51,903 nt of DNA from Hadesarchaea archaeon (lineage in GTDB: Archaea; Hadarchaeota; Hadarchaeia; Hadarchaeales; WYZ-LMO6). Positions 40,114 to 49,417 of this stretch are shown here, one piece after another. The notes under the pieces are model-generated. The model was not told where the DNA came from, made no database searches, and worked only from the letters and a program-made list of their open reading frames with translations. Position 1 is the stretch's first letter; each line of letters begins with the position of its first letter. The stretch covers positions 1 through 51,903 of the forward strand of contig JAPDJF010000037.1 of NCBI GenBank assembly GCA_029259185.1, given 5' to 3'. The position numbers and the translations under genes were made by a program.

Positions 40114-40578
40114 TTACAATCTAAATTTTATCGAGTCTTCCGTATTAAACGTCACAACCTTGGCCTTGTGATCTCCCGCTCCGAGATAATCCTGGCTATA
40201 ACTCGTCACTATTCTTAAGACGCTGTGAGGCACCCAGCGGTTCTCCCCAATAACCTCCATCGACCATATGTTCTCTTCCGCAACATACTCCCCGTCCAGG
40301 AACACGTCCACGTACTTCTTTTCGTTCTCAAGGGTGATTGACCCGATGTTCTTCACGTAAAGTACGACAACGTTCTCCCCATTGACATTTTCGATCATGT
40401 ACTCGGGATCGTTTATGATCGAGATATCGGCATCGAGCTGGGTGGATAACCGGTAGCCTTTATCCCTGATCGAATTTGAAATCATGTCCGCACTTTGGAG
40501 GACCACTCCCCCGATACCAACGGCTATGCCCAGCGACACTATGAGCACTATCAAATTCGTTATAGAAGTTTCGGCCAT
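40114..40578 (-). CDS. arlG: archaellum stator protein ArlG (FlaG)
   Basis: N-terminal TM helix, DISIINDP, LYVKNIG, DVFLDG, W.P. Confidence 0.85.
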   Translation of the reverse strand: MAETSITNLIVLIVSLGIAVGIGGVVLQSADMISNSIRDKGYRLSTQLDADISIINDPEYMIENVNGENVVVLYVKNIGSITLENEKKYVDVFLDGEYVAEENIWSMEVIGENRWVPHSVLRIVTSYSQDYLGAGDHKAKVVTFNTEDSIKFRL

Positions 40579-40582
40579 TTCC

Positions 40583-41044
40583 TCACCCCAGCGTGATTTC
40601 AGTGGTTGAATCCGAGATCCCGTACTCGGTCACTACTTTGACCGCGTTCGGCGGGGTCGGAAAGATGTTTTCGGTGGTGATGGTCAGATTCTCGTCGGGG
40701 AGCCAAACGCTCGTCTGGAGCCCGTCCACCGTCCTGCTCCTCAGGTTCTCCTCCACTATCAGCTTCCCATCCACAAGCAGATCCGTTTTGGATGCGTCCA
40801 ACTCCACGGACCCCGTGTTTCTGACCACTACTACCAAGTTGTTCTCGACCGAACTGTGAACCACGTTCTCGATCTCGATATCCGTTTGAATCCTGTTCAC
40901 CACCCTCTCGTCCCGCTTCTCTTGGGCCACCGCGAGCTGATCGTAAACCCTATCCAACACGTCGACTAGGATGGTGACGGAAGCCAGTAGCGCCAGCACC
41001 ACTATCCCAAGCGCGATCGGCGCACCGTAACCCCTTTCCTCCAT
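40583..41044 (-). CDS. arlF: archaellum stator protein ArlF (FlaF)
   Basis: N-terminal TM helix, TDIEI, V.NTG, LLVDG, W.P.E.L.I, VKVVTEYG. Confidence 0.85.
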   Translation of the reverse strand: MEERGYGAPIALGIVVLALLASVTILVDVLDRVYDQLAVAQEKRDERVVNRIQTDIEIENVVHSSVENNLVVVVRNTGSVELDASKTDLLVDGKLIVEENLRSRTVDGLQTSVWLPDENLTITTENIFPTPPNAVKVVTEYGISDSTTEITLG

Positions 41045-41132
41045 ATTCCCACCTTGTAAACTCTATTTTACTATAAGTAAATTCAACTTAATAAAACTGA
41101 GGGTAAGCTTGCTTGTGGTATGGGGGGTATGG

Positions 41133-41612
41133 CTAGGCCCTCTTCAAGCCAGCTTTCTTCATCACTTCCTCTTTTACCCCTTCGCCTATCCGTTCCGAAA
41201 GCTCTAAGATGTAGCTGAGGGAACGGAGGTGATCCTCCACGTCGAGCCTCCGAACCCCCACTTCCTGCGCCGCTTGGGGCTCACCCACCTTGTATTCTCT
41301 GTCCCCCACCCTTATCTCAGCCGAAAACTTCTTCCGGCCCATGAAGAAACTCTTCCCGTAGGTGAGCAGGCGATCCCTGACAGCTTGGTCTATCCAACCC
41401 AGCTCCACGTAACTGGAAAGGGCGTCCAGAACCCCGTCTAAGTTCGTCCTTGAGAACATGAAATCCATCCACTCGATGATCACCACTTCCTTCCTCGGGT
41501 CACCCTCGATGTCGGAGAGACGCAGGTAGGGCTTTTCCACACGGCCTTCCACGGGTCGACTCTCTTCCTCCCCCAAAGGTGAAAGTTGTCCTTCCAAATA
41601 CTCGGGCATCAT
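41133..41612 (-). CDS. archaellum accessory protein ArlD/E (FlaD/E domain)
   Basis: KPYL, IEWMDF, LDAL..YV.LGWI, L.VEDHLRSL.YI. Confidence 0.85.
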   Translation of the reverse strand: MMPEYLEGQLSPLGEEESRPVEGRVEKPYLRLSDIEGDPRKEVVIIEWMDFMFSRTNLDGVLDALSSYVELGWIDQAVRDRLLTYGKSFFMGRKKFSAEIRVGDREYKVGEPQAAQEVGVRRLDVEDHLRSLSYILELSERIGEGVKEEVMKKAGLKRA

Positions 41613-42382
41613 GACCCCTCCTCTACGAATTTACAATTATACCTCCACTGCTTATGGGTAGGATCCCACTTCCTCTCCAATATCTCCACCACCTTCCCTT
41701 CGGGCGACAGGGCCCTTTCTCCCACCCCCCACTTGGGTTCTGGTCTCTCTTCAATTTTTTCACCCTCCTCGACTTTTTCGCCCTCATGGAAAGCCTTCAT
41801 GTACTCCTCCACTATTTCCTCTTCCATCCTTTTTTCCTCAGGTTTTCCAGCGACTGGCACCCCTGTCCTCACCAGTCTCTCCAGCTCGGCTATCTTGTTC
41901 TCCAGTTCTTCGATTTTCTTGTAAGGTACCCCCTCCCCGCCAACGAACTCCTTGAAGATCTCAAACACATCCTCCCCGAGCAAATCTTTGTCTATCTCCT
42001 TGATACCCTCATCGAACGGATTGATCCCCCGAAAAACTATTTCATACACCTTGAACAGTTTTTGCATCCTTTCCCCGAACTTGGAAACCTCATCTCGCAA
42101 CTCCCGGTTCTCGGTCTCGAGCATCGACACGCTAGAAGTCAGCCTCTCGATCCGCTCGCTCAGCTCTCTTATCTCCCCCTTCCAACTCGGTTCTGGGCCT
42201 TCTTCTGTTTCTCCCCTCCCCCCCTCAGCCACCGAGACCTCTGGCTCCTCCTCAAGCTCGAGCAACCCCGTTTCCGACTCATCCTCCACCGTTTCCTCAA
42301 GCAACCCGGATTCTTCCTCGGTGGGACCTATCTCCGGACCTTTGCTCACTTTCTTCAGAATTTTGTCTAGCAGGGGGGCCAT
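41609..42382 (-). CDS. arlC: archaellum accessory protein ArlC (FlaC-like) with acidic and coiled-coil regions
   Basis: Coiled coil followed by L...YE.V..GINPF; first gene of the arl operon. Confidence 0.75.
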   Translation of the reverse strand: MAPLLDKILKKVSKGPEIGPTEEESGLLEETVEDESETGLLELEEEPEVSVAEGGRGETEEGPEPSWKGEIRELSERIERLTSSVSMLETENRELRDEVSKFGERMQKLFKVYEIVFRGINPFDEGIKEIDKDLLGEDVFEIFKEFVGGEGVPYKKIEELENKIAELERLVRTGVPVAGKPEEKRMEEEIVEEYMKAFHEGEKVEEGEKIEERPEPKWGVGERALSPEGKVVEILERKWDPTHKQWRYNCKFVEEGS

Positions 42383-42504
42383 GGGTCTTCCGTTTCAAGT
42401 TTTGCCTTCATCCTTTATAAATGTTAGGTATAATTCACAAAAATGATATTTTTTTTTAATAGAAATTTATAAACCATTAGTAAAATATAATTTAGTGAAA
42501 CCTG
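42383..42504. promoter_or_regulatory. AT-rich divergent promoter region between arlC and the archaellin gene
   Basis: Strongly AT-rich, with TTTATAAA TATA-like boxes (e.g. 42414-42421, 42466-42473). Confidence 0.6.
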
Positions 42505-43134
42505 ATGGACATTCGCGGGGTAGTGGGCATTGGCACCCTCATCATCTTCATAGCGATGATCTTGGTAGCCAGTACTGCGGCTGGAGTAATAATAAGAATA
42601 AGCGGGAGTCTGCAAGCCCAGGCCAGAGCCACGGGGAGGGAGGCCATCCAACAAGTTTCCACCGGAATAAGGATTTTGAGCGCGGTGGGGAGGGTATCGA
42701 CCGATTACGAAAACATTGATAACATCGAGTTCATAGCCAAACTTTGGGTAGGGAGTCCCCCCATCGATCTCACCGAGATGACCATAAGCTACCTCTCCGA
42801 GACAACCCAGATCTACCTCACCATTGGGAAGTACGACAACACCCTCATGGTATTTGAAAACCTCGAGGCACTAGAAAACCACTGGAACGATCTAGATGCC
42901 AACGAGTTCGCGATAGTTAAAATCCAGAACATCAGCGGGACGGATCCCGGGATATTGGGAAAAGGGGATGTGGTGGGGATATGGATCAACGTTCAAAAGA
43001 TCGAAGAGCCCCAAGCCCTTCAATCCCAAGACTCGGCAGTTTTAACTTTTGTGCCCGAAATCGGGTTTGAAACGAGAATAAGGGTGAGCGTTCCTACCCT
43101 GATCCCTGGAGATAAGGTGGTGTCATTGTACTGA
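42505..43134 (+). CDS. arlB: archaellin
   Basis: Class III signal peptide [32 protein letters not shown]....QVSTG, GS.PIDL. Confidence 0.95.
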   Translation: MDIRGVVGIGTLIIFIAMILVASTAAGVIIRISGSLQAQARATGREAIQQVSTGIRILSAVGRVSTDYENIDNIEFIAKLWVGSPPIDLTEMTISYLSETTQIYLTIGKYDNTLMVFENLEALENHWNDLDANEFAIVKIQNISGTDPGILGKGDVVGIWINVQKIEEPQALQSQDSAVLTFVPEIGFETRIRVSVPTLIPGDKVVSLY

Positions 43135-43255
43135 AAACCATTTCTGATTCTAAATAAACAGATTATCTCACTTCAGGTTTATAAATTTTTCTTAACTAAA
43201 TTTGAAATGACTAAAGTTTAAATACTTTTAGTTAATTGATATTTACTTAGAGAAT

Positions 43256-43675
43256 ATGAACAAGACAAAAAACGTATTTGAGCACTGGACTGAAAAGAAA
43301 AACGGTGGCGAAAACAAAGAATTCACTGAGGAGATTTCGGTGCTCGAACCCCCCCAGAGTGTAGAACTGGGGAGCCTCATAAAGAAGACACTCGGGCCGC
43401 TGGCTGATGACTATTCGATTCGTATCCTATCGGCTACCCAGGGCAAGGGCAAGACCATCCGCGAACTCAGCAGGGAACTGGACATTCCCATAGCCACGTG
43501 TTACAGGAGGATAACCGAACTGCTGGAGGCATCCCTCCTCACGACGGTGGGGAGAAAGCTAACCCAAGAGGGTAAGCGGGCTAGCGTCCTCAAATCGAAC
43601 ATCGCAAATATCGAAGTTTCATTCAGTGCTGAGGACGGGAAGTTGAAAGTGGTCATCAAACACTCCCGGACGTAA
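43256..43675 (+). CDS. winged helix-turn-helix transcriptional regulator (ArsR-like)
   Basis: LADDYSIRILSAT...KTIRELSRELDIPIATCYRRI.EL...LL. Confidence 0.8.
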   Translation: MNKTKNVFEHWTEKKNGGENKEFTEEISVLEPPQSVELGSLIKKTLGPLADDYSIRILSATQGKGKTIRELSRELDIPIATCYRRITELLEASLLTTVGRKLTQEGKRASVLKSNIANIEVSFSAEDGKLKVVIKHSRT

Positions 43676-43718
43676 ACATTGATAGACTTCGAGGACAATA
43701 GGCGAACTGGGGGGTTCG

Positions 43719-45632
43719 ATGAAGCGAGTTCTTAAGCCAGGCTCAGGTGGAGCTAGCCGAGAGAAAGTGAAGGATGCTATAACCGCTATAATAGTGGGAT
43801 TGAGTCAAGACGGTAAAATCGTGTTCATCAATCGGAGGTGCGAGGAACTCCTAGGTTACAGGGAAGAAGAGATACTCGGGCGCTTCTTCTGGGATTTCTC
43901 TCCGGAGCACAGCAAGAAAAGGGTGGAGGAGGACTTCTCGAACATCGGAGGTGCTGTCGCTTCTTATGAGACCCCCTGGAACACGTGTGGGGGTGAGGAG
44001 CACCTCATCAGGTGGGAATTCATTCAATTCAAGGGATCTGAGGGACACGTACGGATGATCATCGCAGTGGGAAATGACCTCACCGCGAGCGAGATGATCG
44101 AGAGGAAACTTGGAGAGCTCGAACTCCTCTACCATGGCCTGACCAGCGAATCATGGATGGGGATTTGTGCCGTCCACCAGACCTCGGAGGGGACAGTTCT
44201 GAGATCCGTCAACCCGAGGATGGAAGAGATATTCGGCTACGGGAGGGGGGAGCTGGAAGGGAAAAAGTTGGAGGACCTAATTCACCCCCAAGACATCTCC
44301 CTGGTGGAGTCACAGATCCAAGACGCTTGGCGTGGGGTCGGGAAAACCGTCCAAACGAGGGGCAGGAAGAAAAATGGTGAAATCGTGTGGATCGAAAACC
44401 GGATGATCCAAGTCCCCCAGGGGGAGCAGCGTGCGCTCATTTGGATGGTTCAAGATGTACATTCCCTTAAAGTGGCTGAAGAGCAGCTGAAAGAGAAGAA
44501 AATTTACGAAAACATCGTTGCCCGCGCCAAAATCGGGATCGGCGTGCTTCAGAACGGGAAAGTCCTCTACATGAACGAAGGGTTGGCTGAAATCTTCGAG
44601 TGCTCGAAACGAGAACTCGAGAAACTCGGTTTCGCCCACTTCGTTCACCCGGAGGACAAGGGGGAGATAGAGACCGCGAGGGAAATGGTGAAGAAGGGGA
44701 TCCCGTACACCTCAAGCTACCGAGCGATCACCAAAGAGGGGAAAGTGAAGTACATCCATCTCCACGTGTCACCAGTGGAGTCCGACGGGGGACAAGCTGT
44801 CTTGTTAATCGTGGAGGACATAACGGAACAGAAGGAAACAGAGAGAAAACTTCAAGATAGGGAGGCTGAGCTGCGGCGAGCATACACCTACCTGAGGGAG
44901 GCCGAGATCGAGCTGAGGAAGAAAACCGAAGAACTGAGGAGAGCAAATGAGATGCGGGCCGAATTCTTGGATCTCCTAGCCCACGAGATAAAATCCTATC
45001 TGACCCCGATAGAGGTGTACGTGGACTCGATCAAAGAGGGGGAATTCGGGGAAGTATCTCTCACCCAGCGGAGGAGGCTCCAAGAGATAACTGATAAGAT
45101 AAAGAAAATCGATAGGGTAATAGAAGACACGCTCGATCTGTCTAGGATCGAAGCCGACATCGTGAAGATCTCAAGGGAATCCGTGTTCCTCCCGGATATA
45201 ATCGAATCTATAATCGAGGAATTCAGGCCCCAGATAGAGGACAAGAACCAGGAGGTAACCATGAGGGCTCCGGAGAAACTCCCGGTGGTGGAGGGGGACC
45301 CTCGCCTCTTAGAGAAGGTTTTCAGGAACCTCATTTCCAACGCTATTGCGTATACACCCGCTGGGGGCAAGATCACGATCGAATTGTCCGAAGAGAGGGA
45401 GTGTGTGCTCACCAAGGTCTCTGATACGGGCGTGGGAATTCCGGCGGATGAACTTGATAAAATATTCCAGAAGTTCTACCGCGGGAGGGACAGGAAAACT
45501 CGGGGCTTGGGAATAGGATTGGCCCTAGCTAGGCATTTCGTCGAACTCCATGGCGGCCGGATATGGGCTGAAAGTGCACTTGGGGTGGGGAGCACCTTTT
45601 ACGTGAAACTCCCGAAAAACCCCCAGCGGTAA
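43719..45632 (+). CDS. cytoplasmic sensor histidine kinase with three PAS domains
   Basis: Three PAS repeats (FINRR.EELLGY, VNPRMEEIFGY..IHPQD, MNEG...FVHPED), H-box AHEIKSYL, NLISNA, DTGVGI, FQKFY, GLGIGL; no TM segments. Confidence 0.92.
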   Translation: MKRVLKPGSGGASREKVKDAITAIIVGLSQDGKIVFINRRCEELLGYREEEILGRFFWDFSPEHSKKRVEEDFSNIGGAVASYETPWNTCGGEEHLIRWEFIQFKGSEGHVRMIIAVGNDLTASEMIERKLGELELLYHGLTSESWMGICAVHQTSEGTVLRSVNPRMEEIFGYGRGELEGKKLEDLIHPQDISLVESQIQDAWRGVGKTVQTRGRKKNGEIVWIENRMIQVPQGEQRALIWMVQDVHSLKVAEEQLKEKKIYENIVARAKIGIGVLQNGKVLYMNEGLAEIFECSKRELEKLGFAHFVHPEDKGEIETAREMVKKGIPYTSSYRAITKEGKVKYIHLHVSPVESDGGQAVLLIVEDITEQKETERKLQDREAELRRAYTYLREAEIELRKKTEELRRANEMRAEFLDLLAHEIKSYLTPIEVYVDSIKEGEFGEVSLTQRRRLQEITDKIKKIDRVIEDTLDLSRIEADIVKISRESVFLPDIIESIIEEFRPQIEDKNQEVTMRAPEKLPVVEGDPRLLEKVFRNLISNAIAYTPAGGKITIELSEERECVLTKVSDTGVGIPADELDKIFQKFYRGRDRKTRGLGIGLALARHFVELHGGRIWAESALGVGSTFYVKLPKNPQR

Positions 45633-45699
45633 TCCTCAAACCCTTCCACGACACCTTCCAGGAGCGACCTCCTCCCCTCGCTTTTGCAGGGGGGGCTCG

Positions 45700-45807
45700 T
45701 CGGTTTTCCAAGGCGTTGGGTTCGGGGTGGCCCCCTCCCCACCTCCCGGGAGATTTTCGGCTCTCATCCCCAGCTCTCGCAGGGAACTTCCCGCCGACAG
45801 AGTTAAA
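45700..45807 (+). repeat. intergenic direct repeat, copy 1
   Basis: 45700-45730 is identical to 51538-51568 (31 nt), and 45754-45796 is identical to 51612-51654 (43 nt). Confidence 0.9.
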
Positions 45808-45831
45808 GCCCCCCTCTCCATTCTTAAATGT

Positions 45832-46299
45832 ATGGCACTGCCCCTAACCCGGGAGTGGTTTGAATCGATTTTGAGAGAACTGGACTCGAAATCGTGCCTC
45901 GGATTCGGAGACGAGTCTGTGTGGGCGTCCATCACGGGGCTGTTATCCAGACTTTCGAAAGATGCGGTGGCGAGGATCGAGGACGAACTCACGAGGGAGG
46001 GGATGAACAAAGAAAATTTTCGGAGAATGAGGGAAGAGGACAGGCTGGATCTGGTGGTTAACTTCAAAGGAGGAAAGATCGAGGAGTTTAGATTAGCTCA
46101 ACCCTCAGACACCCCGACCATTAGGATAAGCTGTGACTACGAGTCCCTTGAGAAACTATGGAGGGGGGAAGAAGATATCGTCTGGATGGTGTTGATGGCT
46201 AGGATCAAGATCAGGGGAAAGCTCAAGAACTTCACGAGACGCATAGATGAATACACTAATTTAATATCTGCTCTCGTGTCTAATACTGATGTAAATTGA
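45832..46299 (+). CDS. SCP2 sterol/lipid-binding domain protein
   Basis: C-terminal ISCDYESLEKLWRGEEDIVWMVLMARIKIRGKL matches the SCP2 pattern; probable ATG at 45832. Confidence 0.65.
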   Translation: MALPLTREWFESILRELDSKSCLGFGDESVWASITGLLSRLSKDAVARIEDELTREGMNKENFRRMREEDRLDLVVNFKGGKIEEFRLAQPSDTPTIRISCDYESLEKLWRGEEDIVWMVLMARIKIRGKLKNFTRRIDEYTNLISALVSNTDVN

Positions 46300-46309
46300 A
46301 GGGAACCCG

Positions 46310-47788
46310 ATGGAAGAGGGATTCTCCAAAGAAGAAAGCTTACGGAAAAGAACCGCATGGGAAAAACGGTTCAACGAGCTAGGGATAAACATAGCTTGGA
46401 AAAGGGTGGAAAAATTCATCAGCCCTTACAAAGGCATCGTCCCGATGAATGCTGAGATATTCATGGTTTTCCCGGCTTGGGCAACGATTTTCAGGGAGAT
46501 AGGCATGACCCCTGAGGCTTGGGAGAGACTGAAATATGAGAACTTCGTCGAATGGGCCTACCGGGTAGACCAAGCTGTCAAAACTACGAACCGCGTTCTC
46601 AAGGAACCCCCTCCCCCCCAAGAGATGTACGAGGTTCATAACCTCTGCTACCTCAGCCACCCCCCTGCATACCTTTGTACTCCGGAGGTCGGTAAACACA
46701 CATGCGAGATGCTTTACGGGAAGTATGCCACCGTGGAGTACGTGCACGTAGACGATTTCTCGAGGGAGATATACTGGATAAACGGATACCATAACGACGA
46801 GGGGTTTCCCGTTCACCAATGGACGGTGGCCGTAGACGAGAAGCTGTGCGATCACTTCGACGAAGAAGACGAAAAAGCTTTCCTCACGAGCAATAGCGCT
46901 TGGACGGGAGGGACTAGGGAAGAACTGAACGAGCGCTTGGATCGAATGGAGTTCACGATAAGGGAACGCCTGAGGGACCTCCCAAAAGTTCTCTGGGACC
47001 CGCCCGAATGGGGACGCGCGACGTGGGGGATGATCAGGGATTTCCGAATAGACGAACTCTCAAGATGGGCATACGGAACTTTGTACGCGTCTTGCGTTTC
47101 GACTTATATCAGCTCCATAGCTCAGAGCGCCCTGATGAGCGCGGAGTTCTTCACCTACCTATATTATGGATTAAAAACGACCGAAGTGCTGGGGCTTGAT
47201 TACCTCCTCTTCTCTTATGTCCCCATGCCCAACATGCTCACCGAGATGCTCACCCTTCCCCAAGAAACGTTCGTCAAACGAATGAGTGAGTTCTTCCTCG
47301 GAGGATACAACGCCATACACAAACATGCGTGTGGAGAACGAAAGATCCCCCTCCTCTTCAGGATAAAGAAGTCGCTGTTCAAGTACGGTCAGTTCTATCC
47401 CCACTACAAGGGGATAGTCCCCCCCATGGTGATGGCCAGAACGATTCCTCCAAGCTTCACGACCACCAATGTGAACATGTTCCTGGAAACCCCCCCGAGC
47501 AAGGAGTTCTGGGAGTTGCTTGAGAGCGAGGCCGATGCGGACAGAAAAACTGGTGAGATACCGTCCGTGGAGGAAACGAGCAGATTCAAATTCCTCCTCG
47601 ATCCATCGGTGGAGCCACTCAAACCCAGCGATTTCCCACCGATAGACTGGAACGTCGGACAAATATGGCCTTTCGACATCACGAGGGAGAAGATGGAGAT
47701 AATGGTGGAGGAGGGGTACGACGGGTCGGGCAAAGACATCGAGTATTACAGCGAACTGGCGGATAAAAAAATGGGTAAAAGGAACTAA
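46310..47788 (+). CDS. hypothetical protein (492 aa, aromatic-rich)
   Basis: Long ORF 10 nt downstream of the SCP2 gene; no family recognised. Confidence 0.85.
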   Translation: MEEGFSKEESLRKRTAWEKRFNELGINIAWKRVEKFISPYKGIVPMNAEIFMVFPAWATIFREIGMTPEAWERLKYENFVEWAYRVDQAVKTTNRVLKEPPPPQEMYEVHNLCYLSHPPAYLCTPEVGKHTCEMLYGKYATVEYVHVDDFSREIYWINGYHNDEGFPVHQWTVAVDEKLCDHFDEEDEKAFLTSNSAWTGGTREELNERLDRMEFTIRERLRDLPKVLWDPPEWGRATWGMIRDFRIDELSRWAYGTLYASCVSTYISSIAQSALMSAEFFTYLYYGLKTTEVLGLDYLLFSYVPMPNMLTEMLTLPQETFVKRMSEFFLGGYNAIHKHACGERKIPLLFRIKKSLFKYGQFYPHYKGIVPPMVMARTIPPSFTTTNVNMFLETPPSKEFWELLESEADADRKTGEIPSVEETSRFKFLLDPSVEPLKPSDFPPIDWNVGQIWPFDITREKMEIMVEEGYDGSGKDIEYYSELADKKMGKRN

Positions 47789-49395
47789 CGCGTCGACGCG
47801 CGCATACGCTCTTTCTTGAGGAGTTTTTTCCTCTGAAGCATCCCTTCAGGACTCCGGGGGATGTAATCAACCAACTCTATTTCCCGGATCTTTTTATATC
47901 CTGCAACATTGCTCCCCACGAGCCTGTAGAGCTCCTCCTCCTTGATCTCTGCCCCCTCCCTGAGCTTCACGAAAGCTTTGGGGATCTCCCCAGCCACGGG
48001 ATCCGGCTTACCCACTACCGCACAGTCATCCACCGCTGGATGTCCTCTGAGCACGGACTCCAGCTCTGCGGGTGAAACGGTGAACCCCATGTACTTAATG
48101 ATTTCCTTCTTCCGGTCGACGAAGTATAGGTATCCATTCGCATCCCTTCTCCCCAGATCCCCGGTGTAGAGCCATCCACCTCGGAGCACCTTCGCGGTTT
48201 CCTTGGGCCTCCTCCAGTAACCCTTCATCACTTGAGGTCCCCTGACGATGATTTCTCCGACCACAGCGGTGGGGAGTTCTCTCGTGCCCGTTTCGGGATC
48301 GACTATTTTGATTTGAGTATCGGGCAATGGGGGACCGATCGAATCTACGATGGACTGGCTCAACGGATTGACTGCGACGAAGGGCGAGGCCTCTGAAAGA
48401 CCATAAGCTTGGATCACCTGAATGCCCGTGAGCTTTTGGAACTTTCTGACGATCTCGGGTATGCTAGGCATGGCGGCCTGCTGGATGAAACGGACGGAAG
48501 AGAGGTCACGCCTCTGGAGGAGCTCAGGGTAGCTTGAGAGGAAAGTTATCACAGGCATCACGGTTGAAGAGAAAGTACACCTGAACCTCTCGACGAGTTC
48601 CAAGAACTTCTCTATCTCAAATCTCTTCTGGATGACTATAGACATCCCCATCCGAACTGGTGTGCAGACGTTTGCCATCAACCCGTAGATGTGATAAAAG
48701 GGGAGGTGAGCCAGAACAACGTCGGTGGAAGTGAACTCAAGCCCCGGCATGCTGGAGTATTGGATGGTGTTGCTGACCAAGTTAGAGTGAGTAAGCATAC
48801 AACCCTTAACGCCCTCAGAGGTACCGGTGTACTGGATGACCGCTAGATCCTCGGATGGATTTATTTTGAGTTCCGGCAAATTCGGTGGAGTTTTGAGAAG
48901 CTCCTCGAAAGAACGAGTATCCGGGTACCTCCCACCGACCACGATCACATCCCTCAGCCCCCGGAGTTCTCCCCTCACCGTCTTCAAGACCATATAACTT
49001 TCCTCATCCACGATCACCGCCACGGCCCCCGAATCCTCCAGCTGATACCTCACCTCCCGGCCCTTGTAAGTCGGGTTCATCGGTGTAACCGTGGCTCCCG
49101 TTTTCAGAATGGCGAAAAAGGAGATTATCCACTCAGGAGTGTTCCACATCTGCAACCCCACAACATCTCCTTTTTTTACCCCCTGATGAAGCAAGGCCGT
49201 AGCGAGGCGGTCGACGAGCGCATTCAGCTCCCCGAAGGTTAGCCTCTTCGGGTAGAGGATGAATGGTTTATTCGGGTGCGCCCCCGCGGTGTCATCCAAC
49301 ATCTGGAAGAGGGGAATTTCTGGATATGGCCAGAACGAAGGCTGGTAATATTTACCGTATCGCCTGCCGCCCACGGAACCAAAACTTGCTCCCAA
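47785..49395 (-). CDS. long-chain-fatty-acid--CoA ligase-like protein (ANL superfamily) with degenerate catalytic motifs
   Basis: LPFYHIYG, YGLSE, GEI.VRGPQVMKGYW, TGDLG, VDRKKE and P.ELE.VL..HPAV present. The P-loop reads YTGTSEGVKG and A10 reads PRSPEGM. Confidence 0.9.
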   Translation of the reverse strand: MGASFGSVGGRRYGKYYQPSFWPYPEIPLFQMLDDTAGAHPNKPFILYPKRLTFGELNALVDRLATALLHQGVKKGDVVGLQMWNTPEWIISFFAILKTGATVTPMNPTYKGREVRYQLEDSGAVAVIVDEESYMVLKTVRGELRGLRDVIVVGGRYPDTRSFEELLKTPPNLPELKINPSEDLAVIQYTGTSEGVKGCMLTHSNLVSNTIQYSSMPGLEFTSTDVVLAHLPFYHIYGLMANVCTPVRMGMSIVIQKRFEIEKFLELVERFRCTFSSTVMPVITFLSSYPELLQRRDLSSVRFIQQAAMPSIPEIVRKFQKLTGIQVIQAYGLSEASPFVAVNPLSQSIVDSIGPPLPDTQIKIVDPETGTRELPTAVVGEIIVRGPQVMKGYWRRPKETAKVLRGGWLYTGDLGRRDANGYLYFVDRKKEIIKYMGFTVSPAELESVLRGHPAVDDCAVVGKPDPVAGEIPKAFVKLREGAEIKEEELYRLVGSNVAGYKKIREIELVDYIPRSPEGMLQRKKLLKKERMRASTR

Positions 49396-49417
49396 ATGTC
49401 TTCAACCCGTTAGAAAA

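Noticed and set aside
42383-42504. EarA boxes (TACATA) in the archaellin promoter
   Set aside because: Neither TACATA nor TATGTA is present in this interval.
45700-45730. Repeat as CRISPR repeat or origin recognition box
   Set aside because: Only two copies 5.8 kb apart, no spacers or cas genes, poor match to the ORB consensus and no cdc6/orc1 nearby.
45636-46067. Minus-strand ORF sharing TPNPTPWKTD with the annotated N-terminus of ORF 50328-51578
   Set aside because: The shared peptide is just translation of the intergenic DNA repeat; the response regulator probably starts at 51452.
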